NCBI GenBank assembly: GCA_965226375.1
Contig: CBDDCX010000005.1
Coordinates: forward strand, 64,001-128,000
From: Longimicrobiales bacterium
GTDB lineage: Bacteria; Gemmatimonadota; Gemmatimonadetes; Longimicrobiales; Gaopeijiaceae
DNA length: 64,000 bases
Direction of reading: 5' to 3'
Numbering within the stretch: position 1 is the first letter of the stretch; the number at the start of each line of letters is the position of its first letter. The position numbers were made by a program, and so were the translations under genes. The notes under the pieces are model-generated. The model ran no database searches. It saw only the letters and a list, made by a program, of their open reading frames with translations, and was not told where the DNA came from. Of this stretch, positions 31,054-41,727 are shown piece after piece.

Positions 31054-31250
31054 CGCACCTACACACGGGATCGTCAGGGCACCTAGGCCCAGAGTTCCTG
31101 TGGAGGAAGGGCGCGTCTGGGTATCGGGGAACTGAGCGCCCCGGCAAAGGACCCGGCTTCTTCCCTCCTGACCCGCGCGGCAGGCGAACGACGCCGGCGA
31201 CAAACTCAGTGCCAGGATGGCCGATCACCGTAGAAACGTAATAATCTGTC

Positions 31251-31736
31251 TCACTCGGTAGACGGGTCCGGACTGATGACTTCGACCTTCTCCATTGCGA
31301 TCTCCTGAAGGGGTCGGTCGCCGGGGCCCGTGGCGGTGGTCCCGATGGTCCGAATCGTCTCGAGGCCCTCGATGACCTTGCCGAAGATCGCGTGCCTCCC
31401 GTCGAGCCACGCGGTCGGAGCCAAAGTCACGAAGAACTGCGAGCCTCCGGTGTTGGGCCCGGAGTTGGCCATGGAAAGCATGCCCTCGGAGTCGTGCTTC
31501 AGCTTGGGATGGAATTCGTCATCGATCGTGTAGCCGGGGCCGCCGGTCCCGGTGCCTGAAGGACAACCGCCCTGGATCATGAAGCCTGCGATGACCCGGT
31601 GAAAGACGATGCCGTCGTAATACTCCTTCTCCACGAGGTCGATGAAGTTCTTTGTCGTCGCGGGCGCCTTTTCCTCGAAGAGCTCGACCTTGAACTCCCC
31701 TTGATTCGTCGTGAATCGTGCGATTCGATTCGGCAT
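31251..31736 (-). CDS. Cyclophilin-type peptidyl-prolyl cis-trans isomerase
   Basis: YDGIVFHRVIAGFMIQGG, LSMANSGPNTGGSQFF, WLDGRHAIFG. Confidence 0.95.
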   Translation of the reverse strand: MPNRIARFTTNQGEFKVELFEEKAPATTKNFIDLVEKEYYDGIVFHRVIAGFMIQGGCPSGTGTGGPGYTIDDEFHPKLKHDSEGMLSMANSGPNTGGSQFFVTLAPTAWLDGRHAIFGKVIEGLETIRTIGTTATGPGDRPLQEIAMEKVEVISPDPSTE

Positions 31737-31974
31737 GGACTCACCTATTGCTGAAACGCGCGGGGCCGTCGTTGCGTCCCCGTGCGTCGGTTAGTGCGTG
31801 GCCGGGAGGAGAGCGGACTCCCGAGCGTGACCCGGAACATTCGCGAACCCGACCTCTGAGGTCCAGTCTATCACCGGCTCGGAATTGCCCTGCTGCCCGG
31901 TCCCCGCCTAGAATCCGCAAAGGGCCTGTACCTTGTCCTCTCGCTCCCATCTCCGAAAACGGCAGGAAGAGACC

Positions 31975-33942
31975 ATGGACGTTCCGAGTCACCATCGCCT
32001 CGTAGTCGGAGGGCTGCTCGTCCTTGCGATCGCAGGTTGTCGCGGTGCGGTTCAGCTCGTTGATAGCGATCATCCGACGGTGTTGGCCCGTCAGCTCATG
32101 GAGGGCTCCAGCCCCTCCTCGCGTGGCGACTTCACAGTCCGCACTCTCACATACGGGCACGGGGACGACAAGAACCGTCAGGAATACCGCGACGGCGTCG
32201 CGTTCACCACGGAGACGGTGGACGCGTCCAAGCTCATCGACCTGGGGGACCAGGCGAAGTCCCGAAATGGGTACTGGGGCTTTACTCCGAAGGAATGTCC
32301 GTTGAACGGGCGCGTGTGGTATCCGGACGGGTCAGGGCCCTTTCCACTCGTTCTCGTGGTGCACGGGAACCACAACATGCGGGACTACTCGGACCCCGGC
32401 TACGACTATCTCGGTGAGCTGTTGGCCAGTCGCGGCTATATCCTGGCGTCCATCGACATGAACTTTGTCAACGGTGGAATTCGCCAGGAGAACGATGCCC
32501 GGGGATGGCTACTGCTCAAGCACCTCGAGGCCTGGGAGGCGTTCAACGACGATCCCGAGAACCCGTTCTTCGGCAAGGTGGACACGAGCAACCTCGCTCT
32601 CATGGGACACTCCAGGGGTGGTGGAGCCGTGGGGCATGCAGCCGCATTCAACCGCCTCAGCCACTACCCGGATGACGCCAATGTGACGTTCGACTTCAAC
32701 TTCGACATCAAGGCGATCATCGCCATCGCTCCGGTCGACGGCCAGTACCTTCCGACGGACCGCTTCGTCCCCGTAGAGAACGTCAACTACATGGTGTTCC
32801 ACGGGTCCCACGACGGGGACGTCACGAGCTTCCACGGGCTTCGGCTCTACAACCGCGTGCAATTTACAGACGATCTCCCTCACCTGAAGACGGCCATCTT
32901 CGTGTATAGGGCGAACCACGGCCAGTGGAACAGTGTGTGGGGTCCTCACGACAACGGACCACGCAGCGGGCGGACTTTGGATCTGCGGCCCCTGCTCGAA
33001 CCGAGCGAGCAACAGGAGTTCGCGAAGATCTACGTGTCGGCCTTCCTCGAGTACTCACTCCGTGGCAACTCGGAATACCTGCCCATCTTCCGTGACCATC
33101 GAGTCGCCGGCGGGTGGCTGCCGAAGACCATGTACGTGACTCGCTTCGAGGACGACAGCTTTCGGTCCCTGGCTACCTTCGAAGAGGACATCGACGTGAC
33201 GACCGGGAGCGCAGCCGGTGTGGAGCTGAGCGGCGACAGCCTGTCCACCTGGAAAGAGAAAGAGCTGGTGTTGCGTTCACGAAATCGACCCACGACTTCG
33301 TCGTCGCAGATGAATCAAGCGTTGTGGTTGGGCTGGAACCGCGAGGTGAAGGGTGCTGAGGAGTTGGGCCGCCCGGCCACCTTCACGATTTCCCTGCCCG
33401 ACACGCTGGGTCGAGCCTGGAGATTGGGAGAGGGCGCCTCCCTGCAGATGGCTCTGACCGCGGTCAGCGACGTGCCGGGGCCGAGGGACGCAGAGGAAGA
33501 CAGCGTCGCGGCGGAAGAGAACGAGGCACGCACTGATCGAGGAGCCGACCAAGGGGGGGGCGACGAGGGAGAGGATGTGGCCGAGAAGGGAGATGAGGAG
33601 CCGGTCGATCTCAGCATCGAGGTCGTGGACTCACAGGGCCGTTCGGCCAAGGTAGCCCTCAGCGCCTATGGCCCCATCCGCCGCCCACTCGAGACACACA
33701 TTCTTCGGCGCGGTGACCTCGAGGAGCAGCAGTTCACTGAGCTCTCGGAAATGGTGCTACAGAGCTACTCGATTCCGCTGTCGGACTTCACACGTCTGCG
33801 TCCTGCACTGGATCTCCGCAGTCTCAGCACAATCCGGTTGGTTTTCGATTTGACCGAGGCGGGGACCGTGGTGGTGGACGATGTGGGCATCGCCTATCTG
33901 GATCCGGCCTATACCTCCGTGAGGGTCGCTCCCCAGCCCTGA
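31975..33942 (+). CDS. Lipoprotein alpha/beta hydrolase
   Basis: Lipobox LAIAG-C; PFPLVLVVHGNH, nucleophile elbow GHSRGG, HDGD, ANHGQWN. Confidence 0.85.
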   Translation: MDVPSHHRLVVGGLLVLAIAGCRGAVQLVDSDHPTVLARQLMEGSSPSSRGDFTVRTLTYGHGDDKNRQEYRDGVAFTTETVDASKLIDLGDQAKSRNGYWGFTPKECPLNGRVWYPDGSGPFPLVLVVHGNHNMRDYSDPGYDYLGELLASRGYILASIDMNFVNGGIRQENDARGWLLLKHLEAWEAFNDDPENPFFGKVDTSNLALMGHSRGGGAVGHAAAFNRLSHYPDDANVTFDFNFDIKAIIAIAPVDGQYLPTDRFVPVENVNYMVFHGSHDGDVTSFHGLRLYNRVQFTDDLPHLKTAIFVYRANHGQWNSVWGPHDNGPRSGRTLDLRPLLEPSEQQEFAKIYVSAFLEYSLRGNSEYLPIFRDHRVAGGWLPKTMYVTRFEDDSFRSLATFEEDIDVTTGSAAGVELSGDSLSTWKEKELVLRSRNRPTTSSSQMNQALWLGWNREVKGAEELGRPATFTISLPDTLGRAWRLGEGASLQMALTAVSDVPGPRDAEEDSVAAEENEARTDRGADQGGGDEGEDVAEKGDEEPVDLSIEVVDSQGRSAKVALSAYGPIRRPLETHILRRGDLEEQQFTELSEMVLQSYSIPLSDFTRLRPALDLRSLSTIRLVFDLTEAGTVVVDDVGIAYLDPAYTSVRVAPQP

Positions 33943-33973
33943 GGATCGACCGAGCAAGAGACGCCCCGCCTCA

Positions 33974-34948
33974 TCAGCGCCAGCTGACGCCGAGCCTGTG
34001 GGCTCCCCCGAAGGAGTCGAAGCCCAGGTAGGCGTACTCGATGCCGAAGGCATCTCCGTGAAACGCGCCGCCAAAGGTGACCTCGTCGGCCGGGCCATCT
34101 GCTATCTGGCGCACGCCGACCCATCCGGTAAAGGTCCGACCCCTGACCGGCCACCATGCTATCTCACCTCCCAAGGCAGGGATCACCGTGCCGTCGGCTT
34201 CCACCGAGAGCGCGGCTGACGCCCCGAGATCGAACGGGCCGACCTGCCATCCCTGGCCCGAGGCGCCTAGAGTCACCCGCCGGGCAAGATCCACCGACGC
34301 TCCGCCCAACCGCAGGTCGGAGCCCAGGTTCTGGGCCGCCAGACCGACCCTCAGGTCGCCTACCTCGACGGCGACGCCGAGATCCGCCGCCAAAGCCAAG
34401 TCCTTGTCTCCACCTAGCCGGTGCTCGATCGTTTTCGCGGCGACTCCCCACTGGAGACCCGCGATCTCCTGGGCGTACCCGACGGTGGCCACGAATTCGG
34501 TCGATCCAGTCGCGCCTCCCGTCAGCAGGTCGGTCTCACCCAACGCCACCTCCGTCCCGGCTGTCGCGTCGGTGGAGTAGCTGAGAGCCTGTAAGCCCAC
34601 GCCTACGTTCCCTTCCCACCAGTCGGTAACGGCCGACAGGACCAGGTAGTTGGATTTGGAGTCGAAAGTCTGACCCTCGAGCCCGAAGCCTGAAGCGTCT
34701 GCGAGAAGTGCGGGGTTGTAAAAAATGGCGTCGCTGCGACCACCCGTGAGCTGAAACGCCCCCCCCATGGCCATGGCGCTGGTACTGGCTGGAAGCTGTA
34801 GAATGACGGGGCCGTCCTCGCGTACCTGACCCATCAAGGGGCCAGTGGCGCTGACGGCAAGAGCGAGGATCAGAGTCGGCACGCGGGCAAGAATCCGCGC
34901 TCGGATAGGGACGGTCGGGGTCCATCTGCCGATCTTGGGTCTCAGCAT
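33974..34948 (-). CDS. PorV/PorQ (FadL-like) outer-membrane beta-barrel protein
   Basis: PASTSAMAMGGA, AIFYNPALL, amphipathic beta strands and C-terminal AHRLGVSWR. Confidence 0.72.
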   Translation of the reverse strand: MLRPKIGRWTPTVPIRARILARVPTLILALAVSATGPLMGQVREDGPVILQLPASTSAMAMGGAFQLTGGRSDAIFYNPALLADASGFGLEGQTFDSKSNYLVLSAVTDWWEGNVGVGLQALSYSTDATAGTEVALGETDLLTGGATGSTEFVATVGYAQEIAGLQWGVAAKTIEHRLGGDKDLALAADLGVAVEVGDLRVGLAAQNLGSDLRLGGASVDLARRVTLGASGQGWQVGPFDLGASAALSVEADGTVIPALGGEIAWWPVRGRTFTGWVGVRQIADGPADEVTFGGAFHGDAFGIEYAYLGFDSFGGAHRLGVSWR

Positions 34949-34953
34949 ATACG

Positions 34954-35163
34954 CTATATCGCTTTCGGTTGGTCCAGGACGAGGCTCTTCTGGCACGATC
35001 CGCAGGTCAGCCAGACCCGGTGTCGAACGTATGATACGTCCGCCCGCGGTGGTATTTCGGTGCGATCAAGGCGCGTCGAACAGCCGGGGCACATCGGGAC
35101 GACCCCCGACGCCAGGTCGTTCTGGATCTGAGTGCGCTCAGCCGGCTCGAAGTTGTTGCTCAT
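34954..35163 (-). CDS. Small zinc-ribbon protein (69 aa)
   Basis: ATG at 35163 after GGGGTG; CPGC and CGSC pairs; stop 5 nt before the PorV-like start. Confidence 0.65.
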   Translation of the reverse strand: MSNNFEPAERTQIQNDLASGVVPMCPGCSTRLDRTEIPPRADVSYVRHRVWLTCGSCQKSLVLDQPKAI

Positions 35164-35389
35164 CACCCCATGGTTCGGTGGATCTCGGCGCAGGCCTGAC
35201 CAGTGATCAGGCGCATATGACGCCCATGGATAGGATGGACGCAAGGCTCGGCCTCAACCTTATTGGGTAGATGGGGGTCATCTAGTACGTGATGGCCGCA
35301 GGTGCGAGGGCGTAGAACTCACACGTGGCCTCTCCATTCGATATCTTTCATGGCTCAACTGTGACCCATTTCGTCCGTAGCGAAATCAT

Positions 35390-37782
35390 ATGATTCCCGT
35401 ACTGTTCGCCATCCTCCAGATCAGCACCGCGTCGGCTTCGTCCGAGGTGGTCTCGTCTCGCACGGCCGCGCCCGAGTACGACGGCTCAGCGGGGCAGACG
35501 CAGATTGTCACCCCGCGTTTTGTGAACCCGGACGTGAGTGTAGACGGCCGGATCGACGAGTCGATCTGGGATGCCGCACCCGTCCTGACCGGCTTCACAC
35601 AATATGACCCGTCCGAGGGAATTCCCGCCTCGCAGAGAACCGAGGTGCGCGTCTTCGTGACCGATGCCGCGGTCTATTTTGCGATAAAGGCCTTCGATTC
35701 GGATCCGGCCGGCATGCGCGCGACGATGACCGAGCGCGACGAGGTCACACGCTCTAACGACTACGTTCGAGTGATTCTCGACACCTTCAACGATCAGCGG
35801 CGGGCCTATGCCTTCTCCGTGAACCCGTTCGGAGTCCAGCAGGACGGAATCTGGCTAGAAGGTGGAAGCGGTGGCCGAGGAGGACGGCATGGAGGCGGCG
35901 GAGGCGGTGGTGGATTCAACCGCCCGCCCATCGATGATAACCCCGACTTCATTTGGGAGTCTGTAGGACGCCTCACCGACCAGGGGTACGAGGTCGAGTT
36001 GAGGATTCCATTCAAGAGTCTGCGCTTCGCGGAACTCCCGGTACAGTCCTGGGGGGTCCAGGTGACCCGCCGGATCCAGCGTAACGGCTACCAAGAGTCC
36101 TGGGCGCCCAGTTTCGCGAATCAGCCCAACAAGCTCCTGGAGGCCGGTCGACTTCTGGAACTCCGGGACCTCGATCCGGGGCTCTTCATGGAGATCAATC
36201 CCGTGATGACGGGCAGTCTGGACGGCGCCCTGGATGCCAACGACGACTTCCTCCGCGGTGATCCGAACGGAGAATTCGGCGTCAATCTGACGTATGGCAT
36301 TACGTCGAACCTCACCCTCGACGGGACGGTCAACCCGGATTTCAGTCAGGTCGAGGCCGATGCCGGGCAGATCGCGGTGAACGAACGGTTCGCCTTGTTC
36401 TACCCGGAGAAGCGCCCGTTCTTCCTCGAAGGGACCGAGATCTTCGGACTGCCCCGGCAACTGGTCTTCACTCGAACCATTGTCGACCCGATGACGGGAG
36501 CGAAGCTCACCGGAAAGGTGGGAGGCGCCAGCCTGGGGTATCTGGGTGCGGTGGACGAGGCCGGCGATGACGGGGATACCTACGTCAACCTGATGCGACT
36601 TCGGCAGGACCTCGGGGCGGCGTCCACTGTGGGGGCTATCTACACGGATCGGACCAGGAGTAGCGCGGATTTCAACCGGGTCACCGGTTTGGACGGTCGC
36701 TTTGTGATGGCGCGGCGTTATACGCTGCAGGTCCAGGGGGCGGGAAGCTGGGACCGGGACCCCGGCGGCTCGACCACCACCGGTGGTCTGTTCTATGCCC
36801 AGTTGGCGAGGGCCGGGCGGGGTCTGACCTTCAGCGCCCTCTTTGAGGACCTGAGTACGGATTTCAAGCCGGAGAGCGGGTTCATCCGACGCCTTGGCGA
36901 AGCCCACACGCAGACCCAGGCTTCGTATAGCTGGTACGGTGGGCGCGGAGCTTTCGTGGAGCGATGGGGCCCCAGCCTGGATGTGCAAGCATACTGGGAC
37001 CACGACTCGTTCTGGGAGGGAAACCGCTGGAACGAGGCAGAGGCCCGACTCACGATGAGCCTTTCCCTGCGTAACAACCTCAGTGTTTGGCTCACGGTCA
37101 GGAGGTCGGAGTCTCCTCGCCGGTCGAAGACTATGAGGGACTCGTGACTCGGCCGGGGGGTGTGCCACAGTCATTTCTCCCGGATGACGACCAGTTCAAG
37201 GGGCTGAACAGCTTCAACGTCTTCATGTTCGCCAGCGGCTGGGAGAGGCTGCGAGGCCGGATCAGCGCCGACTTCAAGGAAGTGCCGATCTTCTACAGAA
37301 GCACCGGTGCCCCTGTGGACGTAGCAGACAGTTGGGGTGGAGAAGTGAGTCTGACCTTGCTCCCCACGCGCTTCCTGTCCGTGGAAATGGCGGTGCGGAA
37401 TGCCGTACTAAATCGCCAGTTGGACGGGTCCCAGTATTCCCGTGCGACTATTCCCCGGATCAAGGCTCAGTATCAGTTCACGCGAGCCTTCTTCCTGAGG
37501 GGCACCTTGGAGTACGCCAGCGCTGAGCTCGGGGAGCTCCGAGACCCTGAGACCGGCCTACCGATCGAGTCGTGTGATGAAGACGGGTGCGAACTGCTCG
37601 AAGGGTCTTCTGATAACGGAATCCTGCTCGAGGGACTCATGTCGTACGAGCCTTCACCGGGCACGGTGTTCTTCTTCGGCTACACACGACAGATGGAAGA
37701 CGCCAGTCGCTTCGGGTTCGACGACGTCCAGCCTACAGCGGATGGCTTGTTCGCGAAGCTCAGCTACCGGTTCCGCATGTAG
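35390..37782 (+). CDS. DUF5916 / CBM9-like outer-membrane protein, frameshift near 37110
   Basis: VDGRIDESIW, LDTFNDQRRAYAFSVNPFGVQQDG, TVNPDFSQVEAD, EKRPFFLEG. It continues in the 37087-37782 frame to GLFAKLSYRFRM. Confidence 0.85.
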
Positions 37783-37891
37783 GAGCCTGCGCGGGCGATC
37801 GCGAGGGCCGGTGCGGCGGTGCCTGCAGACGCGGGGCCTGCGGTAGTCGAAGGGGTGGGTCGAGTGGGGTGATTCGGCCCGTCAGCGGACG

Positions 37892-37920
37892 TTGCTCGCC
37901 CTGACAGGGCGTGCTATGGT
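37892..37920 (+). promoter_or_regulatory. Putative sigma70 promoter of infA
   Basis: TTGCTC-N17-TATGGT with an extended -10 TG. Confidence 0.55.
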
Positions 37921-37956
37921 CCAGTGCTGTAATCAATTAACCGGATGTGAGGCGGA

Positions 37957-38172
37957 GTGGCGAAAGAAGCGATCGAGATCGAAGGGACCGTCAGTGAGGT
38001 CCTCCCGAACGCCAAGTTCAGAGTAGAGTTGGAGAACGGGTACGAGATACTGGCGTATCTCTCGGGCAAGATGAGGCAGCACTACATCCGCGTCCTCGAG
38101 GGCGATCGGGTCAAGGTCGAGATGTCACCCTACGACCTCAGCAAGGGCCGTGTGACCTACCGGTACAAGTAA
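37957..38172 (+). CDS. infA: Translation initiation factor IF-1
   Basis: [28 protein letters not shown]...SGKMR...[15 protein letters not shown]. Confidence 0.98.
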   Translation: MAKEAIEIEGTVSEVLPNAKFRVELENGYEILAYLSGKMRQHYIRVLEGDRVKVEMSPYDLSKGRVTYRYK

Positions 38173-38195
38173 GCCTTGAACCGGTCAGCGCGCCT

Positions 38196-39111
38196 TTAGG
38201 CCTCGGCGTATTTCCGTAATTGGTCCACCTGTTTCGGCTGTCCGAGCACGATCATCTCGTCACCCGGCTCCAGTCGTGTATTCGCAACTGGGTTGAACAC
38301 GAACTGATGGGTCTCGTCCGTCTGCTTTCTCACGGCGATGACGATCAAGCCTGTTTCCTGAGGATCTGCGCCTCCATGAGGGTGAGGCCCGCCAGCTTAG
38401 AGTCGGACTGGATGGCAGCCTGCTCGAATCGGAGCTCCAACCCGTCTGATCGGGTTGCGATGTCCAGGAACGCGACCACCTCCGGGCGGAGGAGCATGGA
38501 GGCCATGCGAATGGCTCCGCCGACGTTGGGGCTCACCACGTGGTCGGCGCCTGCCCGGTAGAGCTTGTCCAGAGCTGCCTCTTCCAGCACGCGTGCCACG
38601 ATGGTCAGGTCCGGGCTTCAGATGTCTGGCGGAGAGGCACACGAATACATTCTCCGTATCCGCGCTCAAGCAGGTCAGCAGGTCAGCAGGTCAGCAGGCC
38701 GCGGGCCCGGAAGTCCTGCCCCAGGGACATCAGCTCCTCCATGACCTGTCGCCCCGTCCGTCCGCCCCCGCAAAGGACGATGTGGTTCTGCAAAGCCTCT
38801 ATGCTGCGCATGATCCTGTGTCTCCTTCTGACGTCACTCAGATCGAACTCGACGATGAGCGAGGTGATGAGGGCGAACCAAATGCCTACACCGGTAATGC
38901 CGGCCGCCAGCAGGACCATGGTGAAGTCCCGACCGAGCTGAGAGAGGGGCAGTACCTCAGAGAAGCCCACGGCCGTGATCGTGATCACGCTCATGTAGAG
39001 TGCGTCGTGGATGCCCCACCCCTCTATGAGAGTGTAGCCGAGGACTCCCACCAGGGTGAGCCCGACCAAGTAGGCCAGTGCTCCCAGGAAGCGTGGGACG
39101 AACACACGCAT
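38196..39111 (-). pseudogene. Two-TM potassium channel with RCK (TrkA-N/TrkA-C) domains, disrupted
   Basis: Pore region VITITAVGFSEV, GGGRTG, LSADTENVFVCLSAR, GADHVVSP, FNPVANTRLEPGDEMIVLG found in several frames. Three frameshifts plus an apparent internal deletion. Confidence 0.85.
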
Positions 39112-39207
39112 CGCTCAGTAGCCTCCTGAAGAGGGGTCAGAGGTCCGATCCACGTACGAATGCCATGAGAAGCTAGGCAGGATGCGGGTTTTCGGCCAAT
39201 TTTCTCC

Positions 39208-39236
39208 TTGACGCCCCGTTGGGAGGGCCTTACCGT
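39208..39236 (+). promoter_or_regulatory. Putative sigma70 promoter of the HU gene
   Basis: TTGACG-N17-TACCGT about 155 nt upstream of the ATG. Confidence 0.6.
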
Positions 39237-39390
39237 AGACCAGACCGAAGCTCGCCGAAGTGAGTCGCGGCCCGTTTGTCCCGGATTGCTTGCGCGAAAG
39301 GCCCGAGGCGCGAGGATCCCGTTCGGGGCTCGTTGAAGGCCAGCAGAGGCCGCGATCCGCATCTCATCACATTATTTGAGGAGAACCGCA

Positions 39391-39672
39391 ATGAACAAAT
39401 CCGATCTGGTAGACGCCCTTGCCGACCGCGCCGGCATGACCAAGGCTGACGCCGCTCGGGCCATGGACGCACTCTTCGGCTCAAACGGCATCGTTGCCGG
39501 TGCGCTGCGGATGGAACAACGCGTCCAGATCACCGGCTTTGGCACGTTCGAGGCTAAGCACCGCAAGGCCCGCATGGGCCGGAACCCTCGCACAGGCGCT
39601 ACAATTCACATTCCGGCTTCCAAGACCCCCGGCTTCCGTGCCGGTAAGGGTTTCAAAGACGCCATTCAGTAA
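39391..39672 (+). CDS. hup: HU family DNA-binding protein
   Basis: MNKSDLVDALA, VQITGFGTF, ARMGRNPRTG, PGFRAGKGFKDAI; RBS GAGGAG. Confidence 0.95.
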   Translation: MNKSDLVDALADRAGMTKADAARAMDALFGSNGIVAGALRMEQRVQITGFGTFEAKHRKARMGRNPRTGATIHIPASKTPGFRAGKGFKDAIQ

Positions 39673-39719
39673 GAACGGCCCAGGCGGGATAGCCCCCCTG
39701 AGGATGATAAGGATCGGAT

Positions 39720-39765
39720 AGAGGCCACGCCCCGACGCGGTCAGGGGGGCGTGGCCTCTTCTATT
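39720..39765. terminator. Intrinsic terminator between convergent genes
   Basis: AGAGGCCACGCCCC...GGGGCGTGGCCTCT stem followed by TCTATT. Confidence 0.7.
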
Positions 39766-39766
39766 A

Positions 39767-41368
39767 TCAGCGCCGTGGGTCTTCGGATCTGCGGGGGCGG
39801 GGACGTGTCCCCCCTCGATTTTGGGGTTTGCTACCCTTGCTTCCAGATCCGCGATCGTAGTCCACCCGCGTGCTACGCCCCCGGATACTCAGTCCGTTGA
39901 CGGCCTTGATGACCTTCTCGGCCTCTGAGGGCCGGACCTCCACCAACGAGAACGTCTCGCGGATCTCGATTTTCCCGAACAGAGAACCGTCGACACCGGA
40001 CTCGCCCGCCAGGGTTCCCAAGAGGCTGCCCGGATTCACGCCCTCCATCTCCCCGACGCTGACGAAGAGACGGGTCCAGCCGTCGGTTCCGGTGGCTTTC
40101 TCGGCCCTGGCTTTCGCGGCCGGGTGGCTTTCGGCGGCCGTGCCCGTCGGCTTCGACAGAAGAGCCAGGGCGGCGGCGGCGAGTTCCTGAGGGCTGAATC
40201 GTTCCAGGAGCGGCTCGAGAATCAGAAAGTGAGGCGCGAGATCTTCACGCTTCGCCGTATCCGCCAACCGCTGACGTATCTCGCCGATGCGGCCCTCCAC
40301 CACCGAGGGCGGTGGTGGCAGGGGGCGGACCCCGTAACCCGCTCGACGAGCCGTATCTCGAAAATGTGGGACTTCTCTAGAGACCAGAACGACCGTACCC
40401 TCGCCGCCGCCGCCGTGACGCCGATCCAGGGTGTCCATGTCCGGCGGACAGTCCAGACTGACGATACTCACGCCGTCCCTCGAGGTGAGGGCCGCTAACG
40501 CTTCACGTGCCTGTAGCGGTGCTACCGACAACCAGAGAGGAACCGATTCGTCGCCGGGTTCCCCCGCCATATATCCGTGCAAGGCCAGGAAATCCGCCAC
40601 GTCCGCGACGCGGTCCTCAGAGCGGCAATATACGAGTACGTGTCGAGCCTCATCCGCGAAGAGTTCGGCCACGAGATTGAGGAAACCCTCCACCTTGTCT
40701 TCAGGAGTGATCCGGAAGCGCAACTCTCCCCTCGAGGGCGACTTGGCTACCGGCTCGTCAGAGATCGGGCGGGGTGGAACCTGCACCGCTTTGGGTACCT
40801 GTGCTGAGACGAGCGACTCCACAGCGTCCGTAATCGGAAGGCTGAGGACGATTCGCTGGGTCCCGGTCGCCAGATACTCGAACAGCGCGCATACCGATTC
40901 CAACCCGGAGCCGGCCTCGATGGCGCTGGCTCCGTCTACGACCACGCTCCGGACACCTTCCAAGGTGAGCTGCGAGCCGTCCACCAGAGCGCGAATGTCT
41001 TGGGCGGTGCCGAAGAGGATGTCCGACCGCTCTGGAAGCGCCCACGTACCGCCGAGCGCAGCGACCGTATGCCCTGTGGCCAGGGCGAGCCGTCCCAGGG
41101 ATTCGGCGAGAGCTGTGGCGGCTTCGCTCGTGGCGGTAAGGACCACCGCTCCGGGTCGTTCGGCCCCGCTCTCGACGCTTTCGAGGAGAGCCGCGCCATA
41201 ACAGACGAGGGTGCCGGCTCCGGGTCCTGCGGCCGCGAGCATGTTGTTGCCCCGGCGCATGACGGGAACGGCCGCGCGTTGAAACTCCGTAGGCTCCTCG
41301 AGCCCCTCGGCCGCCAGAGCCTCGACGAGCTCAGGAGCGATGTCGAGATCTTCGAAGGAGTGGCTCAC
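39767..41368 (-). CDS. Degenerate DEAD-box helicase-like protein with a C-terminal DbpA-type RNA-binding domain
   Basis: Q-motif region SFEDLDI...PTEFQ intact; motif I AGPGAGTL (no Lys); motif II VVVDGA; C-terminal RLFVSVG...GKIEIRETFSLVEV. Confidence 0.8.
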   Translation of the reverse strand: MSHSFEDLDIAPELVEALAAEGLEEPTEFQRAAVPVMRRGNNMLAAAGPGAGTLVCYGAALLESVESGAERPGAVVLTATSEAATALAESLGRLALATGHTVAALGGTWALPERSDILFGTAQDIRALVDGSQLTLEGVRSVVVDGASAIEAGSGLESVCALFEYLATGTQRIVLSLPITDAVESLVSAQVPKAVQVPPRPISDEPVAKSPSRGELRFRITPEDKVEGFLNLVAELFADEARHVLVYCRSEDRVADVADFLALHGYMAGEPGDESVPLWLSVAPLQAREALAALTSRDGVSIVSLDCPPDMDTLDRRHGGGGEGTVVLVSREVPHFRDTARRAGYGVRPLPPPPSVVEGRIGEIRQRLADTAKREDLAPHFLILEPLLERFSPQELAAAALALLSKPTGTAAESHPAAKARAEKATGTDGWTRLFVSVGEMEGVNPGSLLGTLAGESGVDGSLFGKIEIRETFSLVEVRPSEAEKVIKAVNGLSIRGRSTRVDYDRGSGSKGSKPQNRGGTRPRPRRSEDPRR

Positions 41369-41727
41369 GAGGGGTTCCCGGATCCCCGCCCGCCGGCGTC
41401 GCCAGGCTCGTACGGAAGCTCGGTCAGGAACTTCTGAATCTCGTAGTCCATGCGAGACGTGCGCACGCGATCACTCGACGCGACCACGTCGGTATAGGGG
41501 CCGTGTCGGTGGGCGGAGAGCGTCACCGTGCCCTCTCCTCCCGTGTACGTAGCGCTGTGGGTCGAGCTCTTCGACTTGGCCAGGCCGATCCACTCCGGAA
41601 GCAGCTCCTCCGCCTTCGCAAGAACCTCCGCCGGCGAGAGGGCCGTCTTGCGCTGATATCCTGCCATGGGATGTCCTTCTGTGTCGACTGGTGCGGTGCC
41701 TACTATACGGCGCGGAACGTCACTCAT
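41365..41727 (-). CDS. Small hypothetical protein (alternative start 41667)
   Basis: Overlaps both neighbours by 4 nt (ATGA, GTGA); GAAGGA RBS precedes the internal ATG at 41667. Confidence 0.72.
   Translation of the reverse strand: MSDVPRRIVGTAPVDTEGHPMAGYQRKTALSPAEVLAKAEELLPEWIGLAKSKSSTHSATYTGGEGTVTLSAHRHGPYTDVVASSDRVRTSRMDYEIQKFLTELPYEPGDAGGRGSGNPS

Noticed and set aside
37087..37147. Programmed ribosomal frameshift in the DUF5916 gene (and other split genes)
   Set aside because: No slippery heptamer or stimulatory structure; a single-base loss explains it.
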